IMG/VR virus record: IMGVR_UViG_3300027804_000132
Span: 1-35,370 of that record
From: a virus
Lineage: Duplodnaviria > Caudoviricetes
Reading direction: 5' to 3' (one strand)
DNA length: 35,370 bases
Shown: positions 1 through 8,690 of the stretch, in pieces
Layout: each line of letters starts with the position of its first letter
Position numbering within the stretch: the stretch's first letter is position 1
Program-made: the position numbers and the translations under genes
The notes under the pieces: model-generated
Databases searched by the model: none
Told to the model about the DNA's origin: nothing
What the model saw: only the letters and a program-made list of their open reading frames with translations

Positions 1-323
1 GAGTTAAAGCGGATATAACCTGCGGCAGGAGAACCATCTCGCTGTCCAGTAGTGCCACTTGGTAGAATCGCTGAACCTGTAGTAGCGGTATAGCCAACTG
101 CTAAAAGGTTTGCTCTTGCTCCACTAGCTGTGGATGAGCCAGTACCGCCATCAGCGACTGCTAAGTCGTCAGAGCCGGGACCGACAATCTGTACTGGCGA
201 TGATGCAGCGTTACCAATCCAGACTTTCTTGTCTGTAATGTTAACAGCGGCTTCACCCTGCACCAAAGTGGTAGGTGTAGCAGTCGTTGTTACACTGTTT
301 TTAAGTTTTAAGATTGTAGGCAT
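1..323 (-). CDS. Tail fibre / receptor-binding protein, N-terminal part (runs off the window edge)
   Basis: Not in the ORF track. ATG at 323 with AGGAA upstream reads MPTILKLKNSVTTTATPTTLVQGEAAVNITDKKVWIG...LAVADGGTGSSTASGARANL...GTTGQRDGSPAAGYIRFN; these are typical fibre motifs. Confidence 0.75.
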   Translation of the reverse strand, partial: MPTILKLKNSVTTTATPTTLVQGEAAVNITDKKVWIGNAASSPVQIVGPGSDDLAVADGGTGSSTASGARANLLAVGYTATTGSAILPSGTTGQRDGSPAAGYIRFN

Positions 324-336
324 AGTTTATTTCCTA

Positions 337-365
337 ATGATAACACAAATTGACTGTTTTGTCAA
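337..365 (-). promoter_or_regulatory. Sigma70 promoter for the tail fibre gene starting at 323
   Basis: Minus strand TTGACA (365-360), 17-bp spacer ending TGt, TATCAT (342-337); extended -10. Confidence 0.7.
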
Positions 366-372
366 GTCTTTT

Positions 373-1860
373 TTAAAAACTTCCACCATCTATTGTTCCA
401 TCAATATCTGACCCCGGAATTGTCGAACTAGCTGTAAAAGCACTGGTTCCGTTGCCTTTTAAATACCCTGTTAGCGTGGTAGCCCCAGTTCCGCCATAAG
501 CTACTGTTAGAGTACCTACATCACCAGAACCTAGGAGACTGACCCCACCAACAGTCTTGATGTTTGTGCCACTAACTAAAGCAGCTTGTTTAGCGTTAAA
601 TGTTGACCAATCTGTGCTGGTTAAGTAACCATTAACACTCGAAGTTGCTGCTGGTATCGAGATTGCTGGAGTAGTGCCGCCACTAGAAACAATCGGTGCT
701 GTGCCGGTTACAGAAGTTACACCTGTTGCTGGCAATGCTGAAGAAGTCCAGCTTGTTCCATTACCAATAATAGCATAGTTATTGGTGGGAGTTAGACCAG
801 CAATCGTTGCTAAGTCTGCATCGTAAGCCTGAACATTGGTACCAATTGCGAGACCAAGATTGGTTCGTGCAACAGATGCGTCAGGTAAATCACTTAAATT
901 GTTTGCTTTGGCTAAGAAACTGGTTCCAGCAGCATAGGCATCTACCCAGACAGAGCCGGTATACACCTTCATATAGCCTAAAGAGCTATTGAAATACAAA
1001 GCACCAGCTAATAAGGCATTACCATCGTTATCGAGTGTAGGGTCAGAAGTCTTAGCTCCTAAATACCTATCATCAAAGTTATCGTAAGCAGTTAATGTTT
1101 GGTCTCTAGCAGTTTCTGCTGCTACCTGAGCTGCTGAAGCATTGGTTGCTGCGGTAGATGCTGTAGACGCACTGTTACTAGCATTGGTTGCCGATGTAGA
1201 CGCTGCTGAAGCACTATTACTTGCATTTGTTGCCGAAGTACTAGCATTACTTGCCTGTGTCGTCGCAGTGGATGCTGAGGACGAGGCAGATGATGCAGAA
1301 GAACTGGCATTGCTTGCAGAGGTTGATGCTGATGAAGCACTGTTACTTGCATTGGTTGCTGCAGTCGATGCTGTTGATGCAGATGCTGCAGCATTGGTTG
1401 CGCTTGTACCAGCATTCGTTGCTGCAGTTGATGCGGTTGTAGCACTGTTAGAAGCATTGGTAGCACTGGTGGCAGCATTGCTTGCCGATGTGCTTGCATT
1501 ACTAGCGCTAGTGGATGCTGATGAAGCACTGTTGCTTGCATTAGTCGCAGAAGTTGATGCCGATGACGCAGACGAGGCAGCATTGGTTGCTGAGGTACTG
1601 GCGTTACTTGCTGAAGTTGCGGCATCACTAACCGAAGTACCAATACTAGATACTGACGCTGCTGCAGAGGATGCTGAACTAGCTGCTGCAGTTGCTGAAT
1701 TAGATGCGTTTGTGGCAGAGGTTGATGCTGCTGACGCAGATGCTTGTGCTTGATTCTTAGATACTTCTGCTGCGTTTGCTGCAGCAGTGGCTAAAACTGC
1801 TTGACTAGAAGCATCGTTTGTAGCGTCTCCTGACCCACCGGGTCCCCGATATAGGCTCAA
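373..1860 (-). CDS. Tail fibre-like protein with long Ala/Ser/Thr heptad coiled coil
   Basis: TTG start with AGGAG; heptad repeats of type SATNASN/SASSAST as in lambda Stf-type N-termini; NNLSDL..ARTNLGL and YGGTGATT fibre motifs; C-terminal IDGGSF. Confidence 0.75.
   Translation of the reverse strand: MSLYRGPGGSGDATNDASSQAVLATAAANAAEVSKNQAQASASAASTSATNASNSATAAASSASSAAASVSSIGTSVSDAATSASNASTSATNAASSASSASTSATNASNSASSASTSASNASTSASNAATSATNASNSATTASTAATNAGTSATNAAASASTASTAATNASNSASSASTSASNASSSASSASSSASTATTQASNASTSATNASNSASAASTSATNASNSASTASTAATNASAAQVAAETARDQTLTAYDNFDDRYLGAKTSDPTLDNDGNALLAGALYFNSSLGYMKVYTGSVWVDAYAAGTSFLAKANNLSDLPDASVARTNLGLAIGTNVQAYDADLATIAGLTPTNNYAIIGNGTSWTSSALPATGVTSVTGTAPIVSSGGTTPAISIPAATSSVNGYLTSTDWSTFNAKQAALVSGTNIKTVGGVSLLGSGDVGTLTVAYGGTGATTLTGYLKGNGTSAFTASSTIPGSDIDGTIDGGSF
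1125..1760 (-). repeat. Degenerate 21-bp (7-codon) tandem repeat within the tail fibre gene
   Basis: Recurring gcattggttgc / gcactgtt / gatgctgatga units that encode A/S/T/N heptads. Confidence 0.75.
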
Positions 1861-1904
1861 AGTAATCTCCTATGTTTGTCTAAATACACTCATGGAATGC
1901 ATTT

Positions 1905-1933
1905 AAACAAACTCCCTAGCCGTAGCTAAGGAG
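1905..1933 (-). terminator. Intrinsic terminator after the major capsid gene
   Basis: Minus strand CTCCTTAGC-TACG-GCTAGGGAG followed by TTTGTTT; cUACGg tetraloop; same position as T7 T-phi. Confidence 0.8.
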
Positions 1934-1948
1934 CTTGAGTTGCCTATA

Positions 1949-2905
1949 TTAGGCGTTTACAGCAAGTACAAAGCCAGCTTCTGGGCGAACTACTTTAGTA
2001 CCGAAGAGGGTATCAGCGGTATAGAGAGTCGACAAGTATTCTTGCTTGTACTGAGTCTGTGAACGAACACCAAGTTGCTCGGCAAAGACCATAGTATCAG
2101 TATGGAACAAGAGAGCAGCTTTGATAGCGTCACCAACAGAGTTGTCTGCTGCGGTCTCAATCGTAGGCAAGTTGCTCGATACATAAATATCGATACCATA
2201 TAGCTTGCCGATTTGACCATTTTGAACACCACGACCATCAACGAAGTCAGAGCTGTTGTAACGGTCAACGCCCATGATTGCATTGCGGAGTGATGGGGGA
2301 ATAGCAAACTTACGACCGTCCATTGGAACATCAGCGTCGTCCATCAACTGGATAAGCTTACGGAAACCAGCATCGGTAAATACATCGGATGTGGTAACGG
2401 TGTCTAATGCGTACAGGGTCAAACCTGTGCTTGCATCAATAAAGTATGCGTTGCTATGAACCCAGTCAGAAGCGTCACCGTCGCCGAAGGACTTGCCTAA
2501 AGCTACGAGTGTGTCATCAACTTTCTTAGCCAAAGCGTAACCAGCATCTTCTGTGTAGAACGAACGCAAAGAAGACAATGCTTGAGTCTCGACGATGTCC
2601 TCGATGAAACGGCTGTACTCGAAGTGTTGGTCGATGAGAACTTGTACTTCGCTCTCGGTGTTAGCTTGGATGGTTACTGCAGTGTTAGCTGCTTTAGCTG
2701 CTGCTACGCCACGAGTTGGCTTAGGAATATGCAGTGTGTCGCCTTTTTTGCCTTTGAAAGACATCTTACGGACGAGGTTTGCAAGAACTAAGTTTGCTTT
2801 GTATGCAGCGATGACTTCGTCACTCCAAATCTCTGGAATAAACTTGTCTGCTGCTGTTTTGTTAACGATAGATGTACTACCGCCGGGGTATGTTACTGCT
2901 GCCAT
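1949..2905 (-). CDS. Major capsid protein
   Basis: 318 aa; FIPEIWS, KGDTLHIP, GQIGKLYGIDIYVSSNLP and final DTLFGTKVVRPE motifs of podovirus coat proteins; follows the scaffold gene and precedes a terminator. Confidence 0.9.
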   Translation of the reverse strand: MAAVTYPGGSTSIVNKTAADKFIPEIWSDEVIAAYKANLVLANLVRKMSFKGKKGDTLHIPKPTRGVAAAKAANTAVTIQANTESEVQVLIDQHFEYSRFIEDIVETQALSSLRSFYTEDAGYALAKKVDDTLVALGKSFGDGDASDWVHSNAYFIDASTGLTLYALDTVTTSDVFTDAGFRKLIQLMDDADVPMDGRKFAIPPSLRNAIMGVDRYNSSDFVDGRGVQNGQIGKLYGIDIYVSSNLPTIETAADNSVGDAIKAALLFHTDTMVFAEQLGVRSQTQYKQEYLSTLYTADTLFGTKVVRPEAGFVLAVNA

Positions 2906-2939
2906 GATTAATTTCCTTTATGAATTATTAAGTCTAAAA

Positions 2940-3761
2940 TTACTTAACCCTCCCCTCGGCGTATGCTGCTAGGATATCATCCTGCAGTGCTTCATAACGA
3001 CTAGGGTCGGTAAGTTTCAATTTAATTAGGTCTGCTCGACGATATACTTTTCGGCTACTCTCGCCAGCACCACCAACATCAACTGTAGCTGCCTTCATTG
3101 CTTGTTCTTGAGCTTTGCTTTCTACTGCTGCAGTTTGAGTCGTTTGAGTTTGCTGTTTGATTTGTTTAAGTTCTTTGTAAGTACTTAACAATTCATCAGC
3201 GGCATCAAAGTCAAATTCTGCATCAGCTTTGGCAAACAAGTTCAGTCGAATCTTAGAAGATTTAACCCAATCTTGGAATCCAGTATCTTGTGCGATAGTG
3301 GTAAAATCAGGATGTTTAGCCGACAGTTGTTGTGCCGTCTTCATCTTCTTCATTTCTAATGCTGCTTGTCTAGCTTCAATTACAGCAGGATGCTTTTCTA
3401 CTTGTCTGTTGACAGCCTGTTTAGGGTCTACAAAAAAGTCTTCTTCAAGCGATTCTTCAATAGGCGCTGTTTCTTTTGTTCGAGCTTCGAGTTGTTGCTT
3501 TAAAAGCTGGTCTGCAAGACTTCGTACTTCGTGAACCTCGTTTGCTTGACGACCTATTAGCTTTTCAGCCTCTTGGTGCATCTTTGCAATTTCTGATGCT
3601 GACTTACCTCGATACTTCTCAGGTAACTCATCTACTGGTTCTACTTGTTTAACCTCAGGTTGTGCATCGGTTGATGATGCCTCTGGAGTTGTAACATCTT
3701 GTACTACTTCTTGCTCATTGCTTTCAAACAGTTCTTCTTCTTGAATAAATGTTGCTGCCAT
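2940..3761 (-). CDS. Capsid scaffolding protein
   Basis: Acidic N-terminus, LPEKYRGKS motif, helical body, C-terminal AYAEGRVK; directly upstream of capsid. Confidence 0.8.
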   Translation of the reverse strand: MAATFIQEEELFESNEQEVVQDVTTPEASSTDAQPEVKQVEPVDELPEKYRGKSASEIAKMHQEAEKLIGRQANEVHEVRSLADQLLKQQLEARTKETAPIEESLEEDFFVDPKQAVNRQVEKHPAVIEARQAALEMKKMKTAQQLSAKHPDFTTIAQDTGFQDWVKSSKIRLNLFAKADAEFDFDAADELLSTYKELKQIKQQTQTTQTAAVESKAQEQAMKAATVDVGGAGESSRKVYRRADLIKLKLTDPSRYEALQDDILAAYAEGRVK

Positions 3762-3835
3762 TTAAAGTCTCCTGTCACCGAATCAAGTGATTTTAGGATT
3801 AATAATCTGAGGCTTTATTTCCCAATAAAGGTATC

Positions 3836-4066
3836 TCAGGCGTTTTGCTTTGCTTCTTGCTTCTGTTTGTCTTCGTGCCTTTTCGCCCATCTATCGTAGG
3901 CAGATACGAAAACAGGGTCAGTGCCGTCTAAACTAATTCGTATAGGCGAAATAATTCGGTTAGCATCTAAACCACATTCACAGGGAATTACTGTTGTTTC
4001 ATCTGTAACAAAACTCTCTGTGATATGTCCTTCTGAGCATTTAAAGTCATATAACTTCCTACTCAT
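3836..4066 (-). CDS. Small zinc-ribbon protein (FmdB-like)
   Basis: Likely start MSRKLYDFKCSEGH at 4066, overlapping the upstream stop; YDFKCxxxH...CECG. Confidence 0.65.
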   Translation of the reverse strand: MSRKLYDFKCSEGHITESFVTDETTVIPCECGLDANRIISPIRISLDGTDPVFVSAYDRWAKRHEDKQKQEAKQNA

Positions 4067-4310
4067 TCGCCGTGTCTCCCGACAAGAGCTGTTCGTAGGA
4101 TTGCTCTGAAACATCTTTTAAGCTGATTAACCACTGGAGAATGTCCAGTTGTCCACGCTTTAGTTGTAAATCAGTCTCGTTTTGGATTGGTAGCACTTGA
4201 TTTAAGGAATTGAACATATTCTGTGCATCTTCCATCAAATCTAACCAGCCTTGAGTCGCCATCATTGCAAAGCGACTCTCATAGTATTCTTGTAGTTTTT
4301 TATCTATCAT
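4059..4310 (-). CDS. Hypothetical head-module protein
   Basis: 83 aa, AGGA RBS, helical; lies between portal and scaffold. Confidence 0.7.
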   Translation of the reverse strand: MIDKKLQEYYESRFAMMATQGWLDLMEDAQNMFNSLNQVLPIQNETDLQLKRGQLDILQWLISLKDVSEQSYEQLLSGDTANE

Positions 4311-4363
4311 TCTTTGTCCTTGTTGGAGAATGTATGTAAGTACTCACTTACATTTATAACCGC

Positions 4364-4392
4364 ATTTTACCACAACTTTATAAAAAAGTCAA
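4364..4392 (-). promoter_or_regulatory. Sigma70 promoter for the scaffold/capsid operon
   Basis: Minus strand TTGACT (4392-4387), 17-bp spacer ending TGg, TAAAAT (4369-4364). Confidence 0.75.
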
Positions 4393-4399
4393 GTAATTT

Positions 4400-6400
4400 T
4401 TACATCTTTTGTTGTTTTTGCATCTGAAGCTCAACAATCTTGCCTTTATTCTTAATATCGGCTTCTTTGAGCATCAATTCTGCTATCTTAGCTCGTTTAG
4501 CGAACTCAGATTCTTGGTTTTTACTATCAATGTTAGTAGATAACGAACTAATAACCTTGGCACGAAGCTCTTCTGGCATCAATTGGGTCTCTACAACCGT
4601 CTTAGCAGCCTCTGCAGAGTCTCTTTGCGCCCTAGCCTGTAGTGATTTAGTTGTAGCCTGAGCCTGTTCCATTTGTAATTGCTGTGTCATTTGAGCCATT
4701 TGAGCCTGTTGTGGGTCTGGTTGACTCATTTGGGTCAATGCTTGCTCCAATTCAGCCCTATTAGACAGGCTAGAGTTACCAATAATGCCTTTAAGGATGA
4801 TTGGTAGTACTGGAGTATTGGGTCCAAGGGTCTGCAACAAGCCAATAAGCTGCTGTTGTTCGTACTCACGAGCCATAATACCCAAGGTAGCGCTAGGCAT
4901 GAACTTCATGTCTACCGATGGATAACGCTCAGGGTCAAACTGCATATAACGGAAGGCTGCTTTCTTAATCAGCGGAACCATAAAGTCTTCTTGGAAGTTC
5001 GTCAGAGTCCGCTTATACTTCTTGATAATGCCAGCCATTGCCATAGACATACCAGCACCGGAAGCGTCTCTGGAAGCCTGTGATACTACTCCTTGGCTAT
5101 CTAATGTGCCAGTTGCCATTAGCAACATACGCTCAAACTCTTTAGAGGTAGCAAAGTTCTCAGGACTGGTTTGTCCGAACTTGAATGGGAATAGAATCTC
5201 TGCTGGATTACCATTAGTAAGGATTGCTTTACCGGGCTTAACTTCAAAGCGTGAGCCACGAGGTAGGCGAGTAGCATCCATTGCAATCATTGGGGCTGTT
5301 GTCAGTGCCAAGCTATCTAGATGACTGCGTAGTTGAGCATCGATAGCCTTTTGCATATTGTAGGCTTTCTCAACAGTGCCACGACCCCAGAAACGATTAG
5401 GGACAGTGTCATCCTGATACGCCAACACAGGGCGGTCTTGCATCATGTAGGGGTTCTTCTCAGCCTTGAGTAAGAGTCCATCATTAGCGATAACAACAAT
5501 CGCTTCGACTAGACCACTATAGGTATCAGCAGTACTGTCTTCAGGAAAGAGGTCAACAACTTCTTCATCTTTGTTCTCTAACTGCTCTAGATATTCTTTT
5601 GGAACTAAGCCGTAGTATGTCAGAAGTTTAACTTTATCGTCTTGGTACTGAACGACTTCTTGAGTCACTTCTAAGTCATCGTCGTTGCCAGCGGGTCCGA
5701 TGTCTACCTTACGATAGATACCTTTTTCCATGCCCTCAACCACTTTGTGAATAGACACAAACTTCTCAATAGCACATCCCATCGCATCGTCAATCGAGGT
5801 AGCGTTGGGGTCAATGAGGAAGTTCTTAGGATTGACAGGATTAACCTTGACGCAGAAGTATTCTTTCTCCTGTACGCCATAGGCTGCTTGAGTCATGCCC
5901 GGCATTGGCATCGTTGCAGGAACAAACTCTTTCTCTTGCTTGACGATAATCTCACCAATACCAGTACCATAAATCTCAGCCATCAATTCGATTTGGTCAA
6001 TCGACTTACGAATCTTATGCTTTTCTAAATCCTCTTTGAGCTGAACCTTAATGGCTTCAACATCCATTGGATTGTTGTTGTAGTCACGGACATCATCTTT
6101 AATGTCAAAGAACTCTCCGTTACCAAAGATAGCTTCCATGATTTCAGCATGGCGGGTTTCTACCGCTTGCTGTGTAGCTGGACTAATTAAGCGACTACGC
6201 TCAGACTCTCGTGTCTTGTCTTCGTCAGCCCATACGCCACGGAAGATTCTTTCGTACTCTTTCCAGTCTTCTAAATAGTTCTCGTCTCTGGAATCTCTCC
6301 ATCTGTCGCAATGTTGAATAACAAAGGCAGTTAATTCTTTATCTGATTCGGAAGGTTCTTCCCAAACAGTACTTTCGTTCATGTCCATATTTTCAGCCAT
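4400..6400 (-). CDS. Portal protein (head-tail connector)
   Basis: 666 aa directly after terL; IYGTGIGEI, PNRFWGRG and Q/M-rich C-terminal coil typical of podovirus portals. Confidence 0.88.
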   Translation of the reverse strand: MAENMDMNESTVWEEPSESDKELTAFVIQHCDRWRDSRDENYLEDWKEYERIFRGVWADEDKTRESERSRLISPATQQAVETRHAEIMEAIFGNGEFFDIKDDVRDYNNNPMDVEAIKVQLKEDLEKHKIRKSIDQIELMAEIYGTGIGEIIVKQEKEFVPATMPMPGMTQAAYGVQEKEYFCVKVNPVNPKNFLIDPNATSIDDAMGCAIEKFVSIHKVVEGMEKGIYRKVDIGPAGNDDDLEVTQEVVQYQDDKVKLLTYYGLVPKEYLEQLENKDEEVVDLFPEDSTADTYSGLVEAIVVIANDGLLLKAEKNPYMMQDRPVLAYQDDTVPNRFWGRGTVEKAYNMQKAIDAQLRSHLDSLALTTAPMIAMDATRLPRGSRFEVKPGKAILTNGNPAEILFPFKFGQTSPENFATSKEFERMLLMATGTLDSQGVVSQASRDASGAGMSMAMAGIIKKYKRTLTNFQEDFMVPLIKKAAFRYMQFDPERYPSVDMKFMPSATLGIMAREYEQQQLIGLLQTLGPNTPVLPIILKGIIGNSSLSNRAELEQALTQMSQPDPQQAQMAQMTQQLQMEQAQATTKSLQARAQRDSAEAAKTVVETQLMPEELRAKVISSLSTNIDSKNQESEFAKRAKIAELMLKEADIKNKGKIVELQMQKQQKM

Positions 6401-6412
6401 TTTAGTCCTTTA

Positions 6413-7669
6413 TTAATAGCCACTAACCACATCTAATGCTTGCCAATCGTCTTCGTCGTTGTCAATACTGTAGCTCGTGACAGCGAGTTGGTCGATATAG
6501 CTTAACGCATCAGGTAAGTCATCATGCACCTGTGCGGTTGGAAACATTAGTAGTTGGTCAACAAACTCTTCAAAGTCTTCTTCAGCATTGAGTATAACTC
6601 GTCCATGCTCGAAGCGACCTTGCAAAGCCCAAACAATCCTATCTACTTTTTTCTTATTGCCATGCGTCAAATCTAAGATATGAGCGTAACAGTTGTTCTT
6701 TCGCATCAAATCACTGAGGTAAGGCAATACTGCATTCTTTAGCGCCCCTCGCTCGATACCAACTGCTAGAGGTTCATACTCTCTAATATTCTTTAAAATA
6801 TTGAGTGCAGTAGTCTGTATATCCCAGCGACCAGCTTCAATCTTATCGACAAACCAAGTACCATCATCGGTTACTTTTACAACTGCGATAGCGGACTGGT
6901 CTAGTCTTTTCTTAGTGGCGTTAGCACTTTTAGCGACATCTTCAAAGCCAGCTAAGTCTACCGCAATATACCACGAACCAATGTCAGGTTCATCGCCAAA
7001 CTTAATCCATTCTTCTTTAAATAATCCTGCGCCAGCATTATTGAAGGAAGACAGATATTCTTGATTGAACGCAAAGCTGCTGAGTGTTCTTTTTGCAGCC
7101 TCAATCTCTTTCGGGTCAATCGTTTCATTGTCAGCGGTGGTAAAGTGCCAAGATTTCCAATCTGCATCGTCTCCACTCTGTCCCAATTGAAACCACTCAT
7201 AGAAATGGTTTCGTCCAGATGGAGTAGAGATAAACATGGCTCTACCTTTTTTATCCGACAAAGCAGCACGAAGTACTCGTTCCCAAATCTCTGACTTGAT
7301 AAAAGCGACCTCGTCCATTACCAAGTACGACAAAGACACACCACGCAAAGAGTCTTGGTTGTCGGCTCCTCTGATGAGGATTTTCTTGCCGTTAACCAAA
7401 GTTATCTCAAGGTTGTTGATGTGAGCAGATTTGATGACAGGCTTTCCTAAGTCCATCAACAAGTCCCACATAATCGTCCGGGCTTGTCCTAGGGTTGGTG
7501 CCACATACATCACACTAGAACCTTCAGGACAATTCAAACCTTCAATTAACAGCGTTACTGCTGATAATCTACTTTTACCACAACGGCGACCAGCAGCGAT
7601 TACTTTAAATCGGGTCTGGTCTTTAAATACTGTTTGTTGCCACTTCAGTAGTTTAAAATCAAGATTCAT
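6413..7669 (-). CDS. terL: Terminase large subunit
   Basis: Walker A AGRRCGKS, Walker B LVMDE, ISTPSG coupling motif, RNase H-like nuclease VDLA...HDDLPDA. Confidence 0.95.
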   Translation of the reverse strand: MNLDFKLLKWQQTVFKDQTRFKVIAAGRRCGKSRLSAVTLLIEGLNCPEGSSVMYVAPTLGQARTIMWDLLMDLGKPVIKSAHINNLEITLVNGKKILIRGADNQDSLRGVSLSYLVMDEVAFIKSEIWERVLRAALSDKKGRAMFISTPSGRNHFYEWFQLGQSGDDADWKSWHFTTADNETIDPKEIEAAKRTLSSFAFNQEYLSSFNNAGAGLFKEEWIKFGDEPDIGSWYIAVDLAGFEDVAKSANATKKRLDQSAIAVVKVTDDGTWFVDKIEAGRWDIQTTALNILKNIREYEPLAVGIERGALKNAVLPYLSDLMRKNNCYAHILDLTHGNKKKVDRIVWALQGRFEHGRVILNAEEDFEEFVDQLLMFPTAQVHDDLPDALSYIDQLAVTSYSIDNDEDDWQALDVVSGY

Positions 7670-8141
7670 CGATGTCCTTAATGGTTACATCAGTAACATC
7701 GTTATCAATGACTTCGTCTGCTTCTATCGTTGTATTTGTTAGTCCGCTGATATTAATTGAAATCTGCGGTGTTCCTCCACCGGTCTTGCCCTCGAAACTA
7801 GATAGAGGCAACAATCGTTCTCCACAGAACTTTAGCATTGCTCCCTGTGCAGGGTGTCCATCTTGTAGGGCGGTGGTGATTATCTTCTCAATGACACTAT
7901 CACCATGCGTTGCCAACAGTCTTGCTTTAAACTCTGCTATTCGTGCTGCGTCGCCCGGCGGTCTCCCCACAATGCCGGGATTCTTTTTCTTGGCAATTGC
8001 CTTCTTGGAGGGACGACCACGAACAGGTTTACCATCGACAACTTCTCGTCTAACCAGCTTTGGTCGCTTCTTCTTTAAGACAGTACCATCGTCTGAAGAC
8101 TGTGTATCTTCGGTAGATAATTGTTTTTCAACTTCTAACAT
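7659..8141 (-). CDS. terS: Terminase small subunit
   Basis: Directly upstream of and overlapping terL; RGRPSK / VGRPPG basic motifs and C-terminal ISINISG strand. Confidence 0.65.
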   Translation of the reverse strand: MLEVEKQLSTEDTQSSDDGTVLKKKRPKLVRREVVDGKPVRGRPSKKAIAKKKNPGIVGRPPGDAARIAEFKARLLATHGDSVIEKIITTALQDGHPAQGAMLKFCGERLLPLSSFEGKTGGGTPQISINISGLTNTTIEADEVIDNDVTDVTIKDIDES

Positions 8142-8360
8142 AAAGCCTTTTTATCCTTAAAGGGAAAGACAGAAATTTTTTAAGAAGCCCTATAGTTACT
8201 ATAGTATGCTGTCGTTAGACTAAGCCTTTCGCTATCAGGAGGTTTCTTGGTAATTGTTTTTCACCAAGTGGTTTAGCGGTGGTTTAGTTGTGCTATAATA
8301 ATTCACTGCTTGCAGGGCTTACACGATTCTTTATAGTGTGTTGCTTGAACTTGTAAGGCG

Positions 8361-8389
8361 ATTTTAGCATACTTTTACGATTTTGTCAA
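8361..8389 (-). promoter_or_regulatory. Sigma70 promoter heading the late arm
   Basis: Minus strand TTGACA (8389-8384), 17-bp spacer ending TGc, TAAAAT (8366-8361). Confidence 0.8.
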
Positions 8390-8425
8390 GTAATATTTTT
8401 ACACTTCTTATAAAACAACAACATA

Positions 8426-8550
8426 GACGGCAGCATAGTCGTCTGCGACTGTGCAGATTCAGCGGGTCTGCCTAGACAATATAGGTCTCCGCTGGGGACA
8501 ACAGCGACCTCCTACGGAGTGAGCATTTCCAGCGACTCTGTCCCTTTTTT
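8426..8550 (+). ncRNA. Candidate structured non-coding RNA
   Basis: GC-rich island with consecutive hairpins whose G-U pairs favour the plus strand; GGGACA/TGTCCC pairing; ends in T6. Confidence 0.35.
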
Positions 8551-8690
8551 ATTATTCTATACTAATCAATAACATACGATACTATTGACAGTGTCCCTTT
8601 TTTAGCAATTACCATTGTTCTATTTTACTTTTTTGTATGCTATGGAGGCTCCGCCAACATTACACAACATAGACTACCCCTCCCCCCTAT

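Noticed and set aside
1142-1753. 203-aa Ala/Asp/Leu-rich plus-strand ORF and other ORFs overlapping the fibre gene
   Set aside because: Antisense or frame shadows of the heptad repeat; no RBS
1949-2000. T7-like capsid frameshift extension
   Set aside because: No slippery sequence seen, and a terminator follows directly
7672-8160. 162-aa plus-strand ORF, and similar antisense or alternate-frame ORFs inside pol, nrdJ, portal and lysis genes
   Set aside because: Fully overlap well-supported genes and lack RBSs or recognisable motifs
8490-8545. HDV-like, twister or pistol ribozyme assignment
   Set aside because: Conserved catalytic-core nucleotides could not be matched; kept only as an unassigned structured RNA
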